A DNA stretch of 64,000 nucleotides from the NCBI GenBank assembly GCA_012520175.1, contig JAAYOU010000041.1:7630-71629 (forward strand), written 5' to 3'. Positions 29,652-39,413 of the stretch are shown here, in pieces (within the stretch, counting starts at the first letter, position 1; each line of letters opens with the position of its first letter). The position numbers and the translations under genes are program-made. The stretch comes from Bacteroidales bacterium (GTDB lineage: Bacteria > Bacteroidota > Bacteroidia > Bacteroidales > DTU049). Under the pieces are notes generated by a model. The model saw only the letters and a program-made list of their open reading frames with translations, made no database searches and was not told the DNA's origin.

Positions 29652-30731
29652 TTATTTCGGAGTCATTTTTACTAAAAAATATGCAACTACCGAAAAAATA
29701 ATGTTTGGTATCCATACTGCTAACGCTGGCGGTAAATTGCCATTGGTAGCAAAAGTTGTACTTATTTGCATCATTAAAATAAAAGCAAAACTCAAAGATA
29801 TCCCTATTCCAATATGCAATCCTGTCCCGCCCCTAGTCTTACGACTAGAAACAGCAACTCCTATAATTGTTAATATTACTGTTGCAAAAGGAAAAGCTAT
29901 TCTTCTGTGCCGCTCTACTTCAAGAAATTTAATATTATCTGCCCCTCGCATTTTTTGTTTTTTAATGTACTCATTTAATTCAAAAAAATCCAATACTTCA
30001 AGATTTCTATTTTTTGCATCAAAATCTTTTGGAACCATTGCTAAAACAGTATCTATTTCTTGAAAATAGTTTAATTTTTCTGTAGAATCAAGAATGATTC
30101 TGTCATAAACATCTTTTAGTGTCCAACGCCCAGTAATTGAGTCGTATTGAGCCATGTTTGCAGAAATTTTTCTATTTAAACCTTTTTTAAAATCAATACT
30201 TTCCAAAGTAAACATCATTGCTTTATTGGTTTTAAAAGAAAAGCTTTCTATAAAAACATACTCATTTGGAGATATTTGCATATGAATATCTCTTATTCCA
30301 AAAGGTTTTGCATTTCTAATGTATTTTTTTTCAAATTCAAGTCGCACCGCATTTGCTGGCGGTATTAAAAAATTTTGCAAGAAAAAAGAAAATATTGCAA
30401 GAAAAATTCCTGTATATATAAAGGGTAACAATAAACGATTAAAGCTTATACCATTTGTCAAAATCGCAATTATTTCTGTGTTTACAGCCATTTTTGAAAC
30501 CACAAAAACCACTGCTATAAAAACAAACAGAGGGCTAAAAAGATTTATAAAATATGGAATAAAATTAAAATAGTACTTAAAAATAATTTCAGAAAATGGT
30601 GCTTGTTTATCTATAAAATCATCAATCTTTTCAGAAATATCAAATGCAATAATAATCAACAATAATAAGCCTATTGCAAGCAAAAAGGAAAAAAGAAATC
30701 TCTTTATAATATACTTATCAAGAATTTTCAT
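29652..30731 (-). CDS. LptF/LptG family permease (YjgP/YjgQ)
   Basis: 359 aa. It opens MKILDKYIIKRFL, has three TMs, a periplasmic beta-jellyroll segment, then three more TMs. The start overlaps the tgt stop by 1 nt (TAATG). Confidence 0.85.
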   Translation of the reverse strand: MKILDKYIIKRFLFSFLLAIGLLLLIIIAFDISEKIDDFIDKQAPFSEIIFKYYFNFIPYFINLFSPLFVFIAVVFVVSKMAVNTEIIAILTNGISFNRLLLPFIYTGIFLAIFSFFLQNFLIPPANAVRLEFEKKYIRNAKPFGIRDIHMQISPNEYVFIESFSFKTNKAMMFTLESIDFKKGLNRKISANMAQYDSITGRWTLKDVYDRIILDSTEKLNYFQEIDTVLAMVPKDFDAKNRNLEVLDFFELNEYIKKQKMRGADNIKFLEVERHRRIAFPFATVILTIIGVAVSSRKTRGGTGLHIGIGISLSFAFILMMQISTTFATNGNLPPALAVWIPNIIFSVVAYFLVKMTPK

Positions 30732-31855
30732 TATAATCGTTTCATTGTTTGTTTTTCAGCTATTTTTGCCCATTCCGTGTAATTATTATTAATTATTGCC
30801 TGCCGAGCTTCTTCCACTAATCTTAGATAAAATGCAAGATTATGAATACTTGCTAAAATTGGTCCTAGCATTTCTCCTGCAACAAACAAATGCCTCAAAT
30901 ACGCTTTTGATGTCGTTTTGTCTATTTCAACGGGGCTGTCTTCGTCAATAGGAGAAAAATCTGTTTCCCATTTTTTATTTCTAATATTTATAATTCCATT
31001 TCTAGTAAAAAGCATAGCATTACGTCCATTTCTGGTCGGCATCACACAATCAAACATATCAACACCATTTGCAATGCTTCTAATAATATTTGCAGGAGTT
31101 CCCACGCCCATTAAATACCGCGGTTTTTCAAAAGGCAAAATATCACAAACAAGATTTGTAATTTTATACATAATATCTGTTGGCTCTCCCACGCTTAAGC
31201 CGCCTATTGCAAATCCGGGACAATCGAATTGGCTTACAAATTTTGCTGATTGCTCTCTCAAATCCTCATATACACTGCCTTGCACAATAGGGAACAAACT
31301 TTGATTATGCCCATAAAGTGGCAATGTTTTGCTAAAATGATTATAGCATCTTTCCAGCCATTTATGCGTTAATTTTACACTATTTTCAGCATATTTTCTT
31401 TCAGCTGGAAATGGGGCGCACTCATCAAAAGCCATCATTATATCCGCACCAATACATCGCTGCATATCCATTACGTTTTCAGGAGTAAATTGGTGCCTAC
31501 TACCATCAATATGCGACTGAAAAATAACGCCATCATCTGTTATTTTGCGAATTTTTGACAAAGAATACACTTGATAGCCGCCACTATCCGTTAAAATCGG
31601 ACGGTCCCATTTATTAAAATTATGCAACCCACCTACTTCTCTCAGCACTTCGGCTCCTGGTCTCAAATACAAATGATATGTGTTTCCTAAAATAATTTGA
31701 GCTTTTATGTCTTTCCGAAGATTTTCAAACATTACGCCTTTCACGGCTCCCAATGTGCCAACAGGCATAAAAATAGGCGTTTTTATTTCGCCATGGTCTG
31801 TTTTTAAAACCCCTGCTCGCGCTTTATCACTTATATTTTGAATTTTAAATTCCAT
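30731..31855 (-). CDS. tgt: tRNA-guanine transglycosylase (queuine tRNA-ribosyltransferase)
   Basis: ARAGVLKTDHGEIKTPIFMPVGT, LTDSGGYQV and the zinc site ...CDC-type region (FDCVMPTRNGRN). Confidence 0.95.
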   Translation of the reverse strand: MEFKIQNISDKARAGVLKTDHGEIKTPIFMPVGTLGAVKGVMFENLRKDIKAQIILGNTYHLYLRPGAEVLREVGGLHNFNKWDRPILTDSGGYQVYSLSKIRKITDDGVIFQSHIDGSRHQFTPENVMDMQRCIGADIMMAFDECAPFPAERKYAENSVKLTHKWLERCYNHFSKTLPLYGHNQSLFPIVQGSVYEDLREQSAKFVSQFDCPGFAIGGLSVGEPTDIMYKITNLVCDILPFEKPRYLMGVGTPANIIRSIANGVDMFDCVMPTRNGRNAMLFTRNGIINIRNKKWETDFSPIDEDSPVEIDKTTSKAYLRHLFVAGEMLGPILASIHNLAFYLRLVEEARQAIINNNYTEWAKIAEKQTMKRL

Positions 31856-31946
31856 TGTTTTAAAAAAGCTAAATTACATCTTTTCTTTGAAAAAATGATT
31901 TCAATCTTTTTGCTTTTTTCATTCGATTTTACTCGTCAATTAAATG

Positions 31947-33353
31947 TTATTTATTCTTCGGCATATTTTGCGTACTATCTTTCGCTTTTTCCGTCATAAT
32001 TTGATTAAAACTCTTTTCAGGAAAAATTAGCGGAGCTTTATATTTTGTCCAAGATTTTCGCAAATATATTTTAAAAGCCATATTTTTTATTTTGGGCTTA
32101 AAAAAATCCATGCTTTTACGGCTTTTTAAGCTTTTTAAAATTAATCTCATCAATTTCGCTTCAATAGCTGAAATCGCCTTGCTTTTAACTGCTAATTGCC
32201 TATTATAAACTAAAAGGTCGTGTATTTTTATTTTTTCAGGACAAACAGAAGTGCATTTTCCGCAGAGTGGGGAAGCGTAGGACAAAAAATAAAGTTCGTT
32301 ATTTTCATTTATATGTGGAGAAACTATTGAGCCAATCGGTCCACTAAAAATATCCGGATACGCATAACCAGAAATACGTGTAAATATTGGACAATGATTT
32401 GAACATGCTCCACAATTAATACATTTTAATGCCTCTCTTAAATTCAAATCTTCTAATAACACATGTCTGTTATTGTTTAATAAAATAACAAACATTTCTT
32501 CGGAACCATCAAGTTCGGAGCTTCGTGCAGGACCAGAAATTAAATGATTATATGCAGATATTTTTTGTCCTGTTGAATGAGTTGCTAGCATTGACCAATA
32601 CAAATATAAATCTTTAACGCTTGGAATAACTTTTTCAATACCTGCAATAACAATATGCTTTTTAGACCACGCTGTTGCTTGAGAAACATTGCCTTCATTT
32701 TCAGAAATGGCAACAGAACCAGTATCTGCAACTATAAAATTTGCTCCTGTAACACAAACTTGAGCTTTTGAATAATTTTCGTGTACTGTTTTTCGTATAA
32801 ATGTTATTATTTCTTCTATTGGAGCGTTTTTGTCTAAATTAAATTTACTATTAAACAGCTCTGTAATTTGTTCTTTGTTTAAGTGAAATGTAGGAAATAT
32901 TGGGTGCGAAGCCTTTTCGTTGTTTTCTTTTATGATAAATTTTCCAATATTTGTTTCTACTATTTTACTTTCATTGCTTTGCAAGTATTTATCAACATTT
33001 ACCTCTTCTAACGTATTTGATTTTGTTTTTAAAACTACACTACCTTTTTCAGGTAAAATTCCTTCTAAAATTTTAAAAACATCGTTTACATTATCTGCCC
33101 AAAAAACAAATCCTCCATTACGAATAAATTTATTTTCAAATTCTATTAAATACTTCTCTAAATCATTAAATGTTCTCTTTTTTAAATAAGAAATTCTTTC
33201 TTTACATGCGTCTAAATCCTCAAATTGAGTAATTGCTTCGGTAAAATTTTTTTTATAATTAGTAACATTATTAAGCATATTTTCTTGCAAACTTTTATTT
33301 GCTAATTTTATAGAAATATCTTTTTTAAATGTGCTTAAATACTTATTTTCCAT
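31947..33353 (-). CDS. LutB/LldF-like iron-sulfur protein (LUD domain plus 4Fe-4S ferredoxin motifs)
   Basis: 468 aa with two Cys clusters, CINCGACSNHCP and CGKCTSVCP, after a DUF162/LUD-like N-terminal region. No lutA or lutC neighbours are visible. Confidence 0.75.
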   Translation of the reverse strand: MENKYLSTFKKDISIKLANKSLQENMLNNVTNYKKNFTEAITQFEDLDACKERISYLKKRTFNDLEKYLIEFENKFIRNGGFVFWADNVNDVFKILEGILPEKGSVVLKTKSNTLEEVNVDKYLQSNESKIVETNIGKFIIKENNEKASHPIFPTFHLNKEQITELFNSKFNLDKNAPIEEIITFIRKTVHENYSKAQVCVTGANFIVADTGSVAISENEGNVSQATAWSKKHIVIAGIEKVIPSVKDLYLYWSMLATHSTGQKISAYNHLISGPARSSELDGSEEMFVILLNNNRHVLLEDLNLREALKCINCGACSNHCPIFTRISGYAYPDIFSGPIGSIVSPHINENNELYFLSYASPLCGKCTSVCPEKIKIHDLLVYNRQLAVKSKAISAIEAKLMRLILKSLKSRKSMDFFKPKIKNMAFKIYLRKSWTKYKAPLIFPEKSFNQIMTEKAKDSTQNMPKNK

Positions 33354-33369
33354 AATATTTAAAAATTTT

Positions 33370-33804
33370 TTACCAAATTGATATTTTGTTTACTCTATTA
33401 ATATGTCTTTCCCCCTCAAATTCTGTTTCATTAAAAATTTTTATTATTTCAAAAGCTTCATTTTCACTTATAAATCGAGCAGGTATTGCCACCATATTTG
33501 CATCATTATGTAATCGAGCTAATTTCGCAATTTCAACATTCCAAGCCAATGCACATCTTATATTTTTATGTTTATTTGCACTCATTATCATTCCGTTCCC
33601 AGATCCACAAATTAGTATTCCTTTTGTTTCTTCATTTACTTTTTTTGCTGCTTCATGTGCAAAATCGGGATAATCACATTTTTCTTCTGAAAATGTACCT
33701 ACATCTTCAAAATCTATTAAATTTTTAAAATATTTTTTTATTTCTTCTTTATATTTAAAACCAGCGTGGTCAGAACCTATTACCATTTTTATTTTTTTCA
33801 TCAT
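33370..33804 (-). CDS. rpiB: Ribose-5-phosphate isomerase B
   Basis: 144 aa with IGSDHAGFKYKE and ILICGSGNGMIMSANK, the RpiB/LacAB signatures. Confidence 0.92.
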   Translation of the reverse strand: MMKKIKMVIGSDHAGFKYKEEIKKYFKNLIDFEDVGTFSEEKCDYPDFAHEAAKKVNEETKGILICGSGNGMIMSANKHKNIRCALAWNVEIAKLARLHNDANMVAIPARFISENEAFEIIKIFNETEFEGERHINRVNKISIW

Positions 33805-34323
33805 TTTATTTCAAATTTATTCGCAAAAATAATTACAAATTTTCATAAATTTACACATACAAATACATTATGTAATCACAAATATATACATTCATATATT
33901 AATGGCAAAATAGTTAAAAATAAGACCTAAAATATTTAAGTAACATTATTTTAACAAAATTTTAACATTGTGTGATATTTAATGTTCATAGTTTTTAAAA
34001 AATATTTTTGTTTACTACTTATTTTTACATATATCAACGAAAAATTAGAAATAAAAAATTTACTTTTATAAAATTTGTAACAATGAATTAAATAATTATA
34101 AACAATATTGCACCTGTTAATATCAAAAAACTTATTAAAATCTATAAAATTAACATCTTGTTGAAAACATCATAAAAATTAAATAAAATCAATTAAATTT
34201 GCAGTTAATAATTTGCAAAAAAATGTTGATAAACTAAGTTTTTTAAAAAACAAAATTTTTGACTTTAAATTTATCAACTAATTAACAGAGCTTATTATTA
34301 TTATTAAAATAGATATTTAAATC

Positions 34324-35235
34324 ATGAAGAATAAGATTAATAGGTTGATAAAAAATAAAAACGCTGTTATTTTAGCTCATTATTACCAAAACGCTGAAAT
34401 ACAAAATATTGCAGATTTTGTAGGTGATAGTTTGGCTTTGGCACAAAAAGCTGTTAAAATAGAAGCAGATATTATAGTTTTTGCGGGAGTCCATTTTATG
34501 GCAGAAACAGCGAAAATATTAAACCCTGAAAAAAAAGTACTGATACCAGATATGAATGCAGGTTGTTCGCTAGCAGATTCTTGTAATGCTGATAAATTTA
34601 AAGAATTTTTAAAAGATTATCCTAATCATACGGTTATAACTTATGTAAATGCTTCAGCAGATGTAAAAATACTGTCAGACATTATTGTTACGTCAGGTAA
34701 TGCTGTTAAAATAGTTAATCAACTGCCAAAAGATGAAAAAATAGTTTTTGCACCAGATAGAAATTTAGGAACTTATATAAATTATGTAACTGGACGAAAC
34801 ATGGTTTTATGGGATGGAGCCTGCCATGTTCATAATCGAATTAAAAAAGAAGATGTTTTAAAATTAAAGCAAAAATATCAAGATGCAAAAATTATATCGC
34901 ATCCTGAATGTCAATCAGAAATAATAAAAATATCTGATTTTGTTGGTTCTACAGCAGCATTATTAAATTTTATTAAAAAAGATAATTCTAAAAAATATAT
35001 AGTTGCCACAGAAACAGGAATTTTGCATCAAATGAAAAAAATAAGAACAGATGCAGAATTTATTATAGTTTCTTCTAATGAAACTTGTAACTGCAACGAT
35101 TGTTCGTATATGAAATTAAATACTTTAGAAAAAATTTTAGATGTTTTAGAAAATGAAACGAACGAAATTCATTTGTCTGATGATGTAATAAAGCGAGCAT
35201 TGGTTCCGTTAAACAGAATGTTAGAAATGAGTTAA
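34324..35235 (+). CDS. nadA: Quinolinate synthase
   Basis: 303 aa with AHYYQNAEIQNIADFVGDSL, GVHFMAETAKIL, ...YVNASA..., ...HPEC... and the Cys ligand context typical of NadA. Confidence 0.93.
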   Translation: MKNKINRLIKNKNAVILAHYYQNAEIQNIADFVGDSLALAQKAVKIEADIIVFAGVHFMAETAKILNPEKKVLIPDMNAGCSLADSCNADKFKEFLKDYPNHTVITYVNASADVKILSDIIVTSGNAVKIVNQLPKDEKIVFAPDRNLGTYINYVTGRNMVLWDGACHVHNRIKKEDVLKLKQKYQDAKIISHPECQSEIIKISDFVGSTAALLNFIKKDNSKKYIVATETGILHQMKKIRTDAEFIIVSSNETCNCNDCSYMKLNTLEKILDVLENETNEIHLSDDVIKRALVPLNRMLEMS

Positions 35236-35236
35236 A

Positions 35237-36763
35237 ATGAAAATAATTTTATTTTTTATTTTTTTATGGAGTTTTGCTTTTCAATTAAAATGTCAAAATG
35301 ATAATTTTATTCCCATAAAATTTAATTATTCAAATGGAAAAATTTCTTCAGAAGGCTTTATGAGAAACGAAAAACCTGATGGATACTGGAAATCGTATTA
35401 TGAATCAGGGAATATTAAGTCAGAAGGTAATAGAAAAAATTATTTATTAGATAGTACATGGATTTTTTATTCTGATGATGGAAAAATAAGTTCGAAAATT
35501 AATTATAAAGAAGGCAAGAAAAATGGATTTAGAATAACTTTTAACGAAAATGAAATTATTGAAGAATTTTTTGTAAACGATATAAAAGAAAACAACACTA
35601 AAATTTTTTATAAAAATGATAAATTAAAAAAAATAATTCCTTTTGAAAAAGGTTTGGAAAATGGCTATGCATTTGAGTTTAACGAAGATAGTATTATAAT
35701 ATTAATAGAAGAATATAAAAGAGGTTTTTTATTAAGTAGGGAAAGAATTAATAGAAAAGATGCAAATGGTTTAAAACAAGGTTTGTGGAAAGATTTTTAT
35801 AAAAATAAAAAACTAAAAAGTGAAGTAACATATCTAAATGATATGAAGAATGGATATTTAAAAAAATATGATTCTACAGGAACGCTTATTAGTATTGAAA
35901 AATATATAAACGATGAAATTGTTAAGCATGCTGAAGAGTTGAAAGAATATGAAATTAGAAGAGATTATTATCCAAATGGAAAAGTAATGATTGAAGGAAG
36001 TTATTATAATGGTAAGCCTGATGGAATAAGAAGAGAATATGACGAAGATGGAAAAATAAATAAAAGCTATATTTTTTACGATGGAATTTTGAGCGGGGAG
36101 GGAATTGTTGATATTGATGGATTGAAACAAGGACCTTGGATTGAATATTATGAAAATGGAGAAATTATGTCGGAAGGTGTTTATAAAAATAATTTGCCAA
36201 TTAATGAATGGAAATATTATCACAAAAATGGAAAAATAGAACAACAAGGAAAATATTCTTCAAAAGGGCTTCCTGTCGGAGAATGGAACTTTTTTTATCC
36301 AAGTGGAAATAAACTAAAAAAAGAATTTTATGTAAATGGAGAATTAAATGATGAATATTTAGAATATAGCGATAGTGGAGATGTTATTGTAAAAGGATTT
36401 TATAATGATGGACTAGAAGATGGTGAATGGTATTTTGCTATTGGAGATGTTATTGAAACAGGAAATTATTTGGATGGTGTTCAATCTGGCATATGGACGA
36501 TAAAGTCAAAGGAAAATGATGAAATTATTTTTAAAGGAAAATATTTCGATGGAAAACCAGATGGAAAACATGTTTGGTATTATGATGGAAAAATAAAAAA
36601 AATGGAAGGCTCGTATTATAATGGATTGAAAGAAGGTGTGTGGAAAATTTACAATCCAGATGGTTCTGTTTTAGTGAATATAACTTATAGAAACGGTGTC
36701 GAAATAAAATATGAAAATGTGAATATCGTGCCAGAAATTGATGTTGACAGCTATTCAGAATAG
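35237..36763 (+). CDS. MORN-variant repeat protein (YwqK-like family), exported
   Basis: 508 aa with a signal peptide. It has many repeats of the type G.W..YY.NGK.K.EG.Y.NG..DG.W (for example PDGYWKSYYESGNIKSEG and LPINEWKYYHKNGKIEQQG). Confidence 0.75.
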   Translation: MKIILFFIFLWSFAFQLKCQNDNFIPIKFNYSNGKISSEGFMRNEKPDGYWKSYYESGNIKSEGNRKNYLLDSTWIFYSDDGKISSKINYKEGKKNGFRITFNENEIIEEFFVNDIKENNTKIFYKNDKLKKIIPFEKGLENGYAFEFNEDSIIILIEEYKRGFLLSRERINRKDANGLKQGLWKDFYKNKKLKSEVTYLNDMKNGYLKKYDSTGTLISIEKYINDEIVKHAEELKEYEIRRDYYPNGKVMIEGSYYNGKPDGIRREYDEDGKINKSYIFYDGILSGEGIVDIDGLKQGPWIEYYENGEIMSEGVYKNNLPINEWKYYHKNGKIEQQGKYSSKGLPVGEWNFFYPSGNKLKKEFYVNGELNDEYLEYSDSGDVIVKGFYNDGLEDGEWYFAIGDVIETGNYLDGVQSGIWTIKSKENDEIIFKGKYFDGKPDGKHVWYYDGKIKKMEGSYYNGLKEGVWKIYNPDGSVLVNITYRNGVEIKYENVNIVPEIDVDSYSE

Positions 36764-36820
36764 AATTATTTAATAAAATTTTTAATTATATTTGTAATAT
36801 TGGTGTAAAAATGAGTTATT

Positions 36821-37573
36821 ATGAATAAAACTAAGATTGTAATTATTGAGAATGATAATGAGGACGCAAAAACCATTCAGAATTTATTAGAAAAATGCAA
36901 TTATAAAGAAATTTCTATAATTTCATCAAGTGAAAAGGCTTTAAATAAAATAGAAAAAAATATTCCAGATATTATTTTAATAAACTTAGATTTAGAAAAA
37001 GAAATGAATGGAATTCAAATAGCTGAAATTGTAAAACAGCGATATAAAATACCTATAGTTTTTATTATAAATAATATTGATGAGAATATTATTAAAAAAG
37101 CAAAGGAGATTAAACCATGTGGTTTAATTTTCAAGCCATTTAATGAAAAAGCAATATATGCAACATTAGAAATAGCTTTTTATAAACATAATTTTGATTT
37201 AGAGCAAAAAAGAGAATTAGATATTTATAAAAATATTATTTTATCAAGAAATGAAAATCAATGCATTTTTATTAAAACTGAAAAAGGCTTTAATAAAATA
37301 AAATTAAATGACATATTTTTTATAGAGGCTCTTAAAAATTATGTTATTATAAACGTTAAAGATAAAATTTTCACAACTCATTCAACTATGATGAAAATAC
37401 AAAAAATTCTTCCTAAAAATGATTTTATTAGAGTGCATCGTTCTTTTATTGTTAGAATAGATAAAATATTTTCAATAAAATATCCAAATCTTGTAATTGA
37501 AGATAAAATGCAAAATATTCCGATAGGAGGTATTTATAAAAAAGAATTATATGAAAGATTAAATATTATGTAA
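36821..37573 (+). CDS. LytR/AlgR-family response regulator (REC plus LytTR DNA-binding domain)
   Basis: The N-terminal receiver has IVIIENDNEDA...PDIILINLDL (phospho-Asp context). The C-terminal LytTR domain has ...FFIEALKNYVIINVKDK...FIRVHRSFIVRIDKI. No histidine kinase gene is adjacent. Confidence 0.88.
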   Translation: MNKTKIVIIENDNEDAKTIQNLLEKCNYKEISIISSSEKALNKIEKNIPDIILINLDLEKEMNGIQIAEIVKQRYKIPIVFIINNIDENIIKKAKEIKPCGLIFKPFNEKAIYATLEIAFYKHNFDLEQKRELDIYKNIILSRNENQCIFIKTEKGFNKIKLNDIFFIEALKNYVIINVKDKIFTTHSTMMKIQKILPKNDFIRVHRSFIVRIDKIFSIKYPNLVIEDKMQNIPIGGIYKKELYERLNIM

Positions 37574-37669
37574 ATATTACTTTGAGCTGTTTTTTTAAGC
37601 AGCTTTTTTAAAAGATAATAAATTGAAATATCATTAAATTTAATTAAGTTTGTTGTAATATTTTACAAA

Positions 37670-38725
37670 ATGGAAAATCAGAAAAAAATAAATAATAAAA
37701 AATCTTCTGAAAAAAATACTTTGAAAAAAACAAAGAAGGTTTTTCAAAAATCTAAAAAAGAATTTGATAATTCTGAAAAAAAGTACTCTTTAAAGCAAAA
37801 TCTAGAAAACAACGAAAATTTTTCTAGAAAAACAGAAAAATTATTTGATACAGAAAAACCTTTAAAACAGAGTAGGGGAGCGGAAAAGAGGCAAAATAAA
37901 AGCACCCAACAACGCCCTGAGAATTCAATATTTGAAAAACCCAAGAGAAATACCCGAAATATTGAAAGCTCAAGGAGAAAAGAGAACACAAAAAATTTTA
38001 AATCAAAAAATTCAAAAGAAGAAATAAGATTAAATAAATTTATTTCAAATAGTGGAGTTTGTTCTCGAAGAGATGCAGATATTTTAATTTCAACGGGATT
38101 AGTAAAAGTAAATGGAAAAATTATTACAACTTTAGGATATAAAGTTAACAAGAACGATAAAGTTGTTGTTGATGGAAACGAAATAAAATCTGAAAAAAAA
38201 GTTTATTTAATCCTTAATAAGCCCAAAGATACAATAACTACTACAGATGATCCAACAGGACGAAAAACAGTGATGGATATTGTAAAAAATGCGTGTAAAG
38301 AAAGAATTTATCCTGTTGGCAGATTAGATAGAAATACTACAGGAATTTTAATTTTTACAAATGATGGAGATCTTTCAAAACGTTTAACACACCCATCTCA
38401 TAAAATAATAAAAGTTTACCAAGTTACTTTAGACAAAAATTTAACAAGCGAAGATTTAAAATCAATTTCTAATGGAGTAAAAATAGATGACGATTTTGTA
38501 GAGATTGACGATATTGCTTGGGTTGAAAAAGGAAAAAAAAATATTGTGGGAATACAAATTCATAGTGGAAAATACCATGTTGTAAAACGAATTTTTGAGA
38601 AATTTGGCTATAATGTTATAAAATTAGATAGAACAATGTTTGGACCTCTAACTAAAAAGAATTTACCAAGGGGAACTTGGCGTTTTTTAACAGAAGAAGA
38701 AATTTCAATTTTACATAGACTTTAA
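37670..38725 (+). CDS. rRNA pseudouridine synthase (RsuA/RluB family) with a long basic N-terminal extension
   Basis: S4 domain IRLNKFISNSGVCSRRDAD and catalytic motif VGRLDRNTTGILIFTNDGDL. The first roughly 115 aa are Lys/Asn/Glu/Ser-rich low-complexity sequence. Confidence 0.88.
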   Translation: MENQKKINNKKSSEKNTLKKTKKVFQKSKKEFDNSEKKYSLKQNLENNENFSRKTEKLFDTEKPLKQSRGAEKRQNKSTQQRPENSIFEKPKRNTRNIESSRRKENTKNFKSKNSKEEIRLNKFISNSGVCSRRDADILISTGLVKVNGKIITTLGYKVNKNDKVVVDGNEIKSEKKVYLILNKPKDTITTTDDPTGRKTVMDIVKNACKERIYPVGRLDRNTTGILIFTNDGDLSKRLTHPSHKIIKVYQVTLDKNLTSEDLKSISNGVKIDDDFVEIDDIAWVEKGKKNIVGIQIHSGKYHVVKRIFEKFGYNVIKLDRTMFGPLTKKNLPRGTWRFLTEEEISILHRL

Positions 38726-38770
38726 AATTATGACAAGAGCAAAAAAATCAATAAAAAAAATGCTATAAAA

Positions 38771-39412
38771 ATGGAAAAGCTCAGATTAAAAAATTGGCAA
38801 CAAGTATTAGTTTATTCCGTTTTGGCGGTGCTAATTTTATTGGTTGTTTTAACAATTGTTTTGGATAAAAAAGAACAAAAAATTGTTTCAAAGAAAACAA
38901 CTGTTAATATGAATATTGATATTGAAAGTTCAGATAATAAAACCGACAGATTATTTTATGAAGAATTAACAAAAGGAGATTCTATTCAATTTGAAATAAT
39001 TAAAGGAAAAACTTCTGGATGGATTTTTCAAGTTTATACTGTTGGACAAGAATTGGATTATTTGCTTTCTTTTGATTTTCGAGAAACAGAACATTTTTGG
39101 GAAAAAGATGAAAAATTTTACTTTTCGCAAAATGTGCCAGGACTAAAATATAAAACACCTGTTGGAATTTTAAATGTTTCATTAAGTTCTTTCATGCGAA
39201 TATCAACCAATCACTTTTTGTCGGACAAAGTAAATTTTTCTAGATTTTTTGTTTATTTATTCTGCGAAAGAATTGATTCTTATGCAGATTTTAAATGTGT
39301 TTTTTATGCTGAAGAACATTTAAAAAATCCTGAATATTCTGACGAAATGATTAAAATTAATGGAAGTTTTAAAGCTAATAATATTAGAGTAGGAAAGCGA
39401 ACAGTTAAATAA
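38771..39412 (+). CDS. Hypothetical membrane-anchored protein
   Basis: 213 aa with one N-terminal TM (VLVYSVLAVLILLVVLTIVL). The stop lies 1 nt before the start of the next gene. I recognise no family. Confidence 0.55.
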   Translation: MEKLRLKNWQQVLVYSVLAVLILLVVLTIVLDKKEQKIVSKKTTVNMNIDIESSDNKTDRLFYEELTKGDSIQFEIIKGKTSGWIFQVYTVGQELDYLLSFDFRETEHFWEKDEKFYFSQNVPGLKYKTPVGILNVSLSSFMRISTNHFLSDKVNFSRFFVYLFCERIDSYADFKCVFYAEEHLKNPEYSDEMIKINGSFKANNIRVGKRTVK

Positions 39413-39413
39413 A

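Noticed and set aside
33805-34323. Possible chromosomal origin (oriC): a long AT-rich spacer about 9 kb from mnmG/gidA
   Set aside because: By eye I find no convincing DnaA boxes (TTATCCACA or its complement, allowing one mismatch). No dnaA or dnaN is nearby. AT-richness alone is not diagnostic in this genome.
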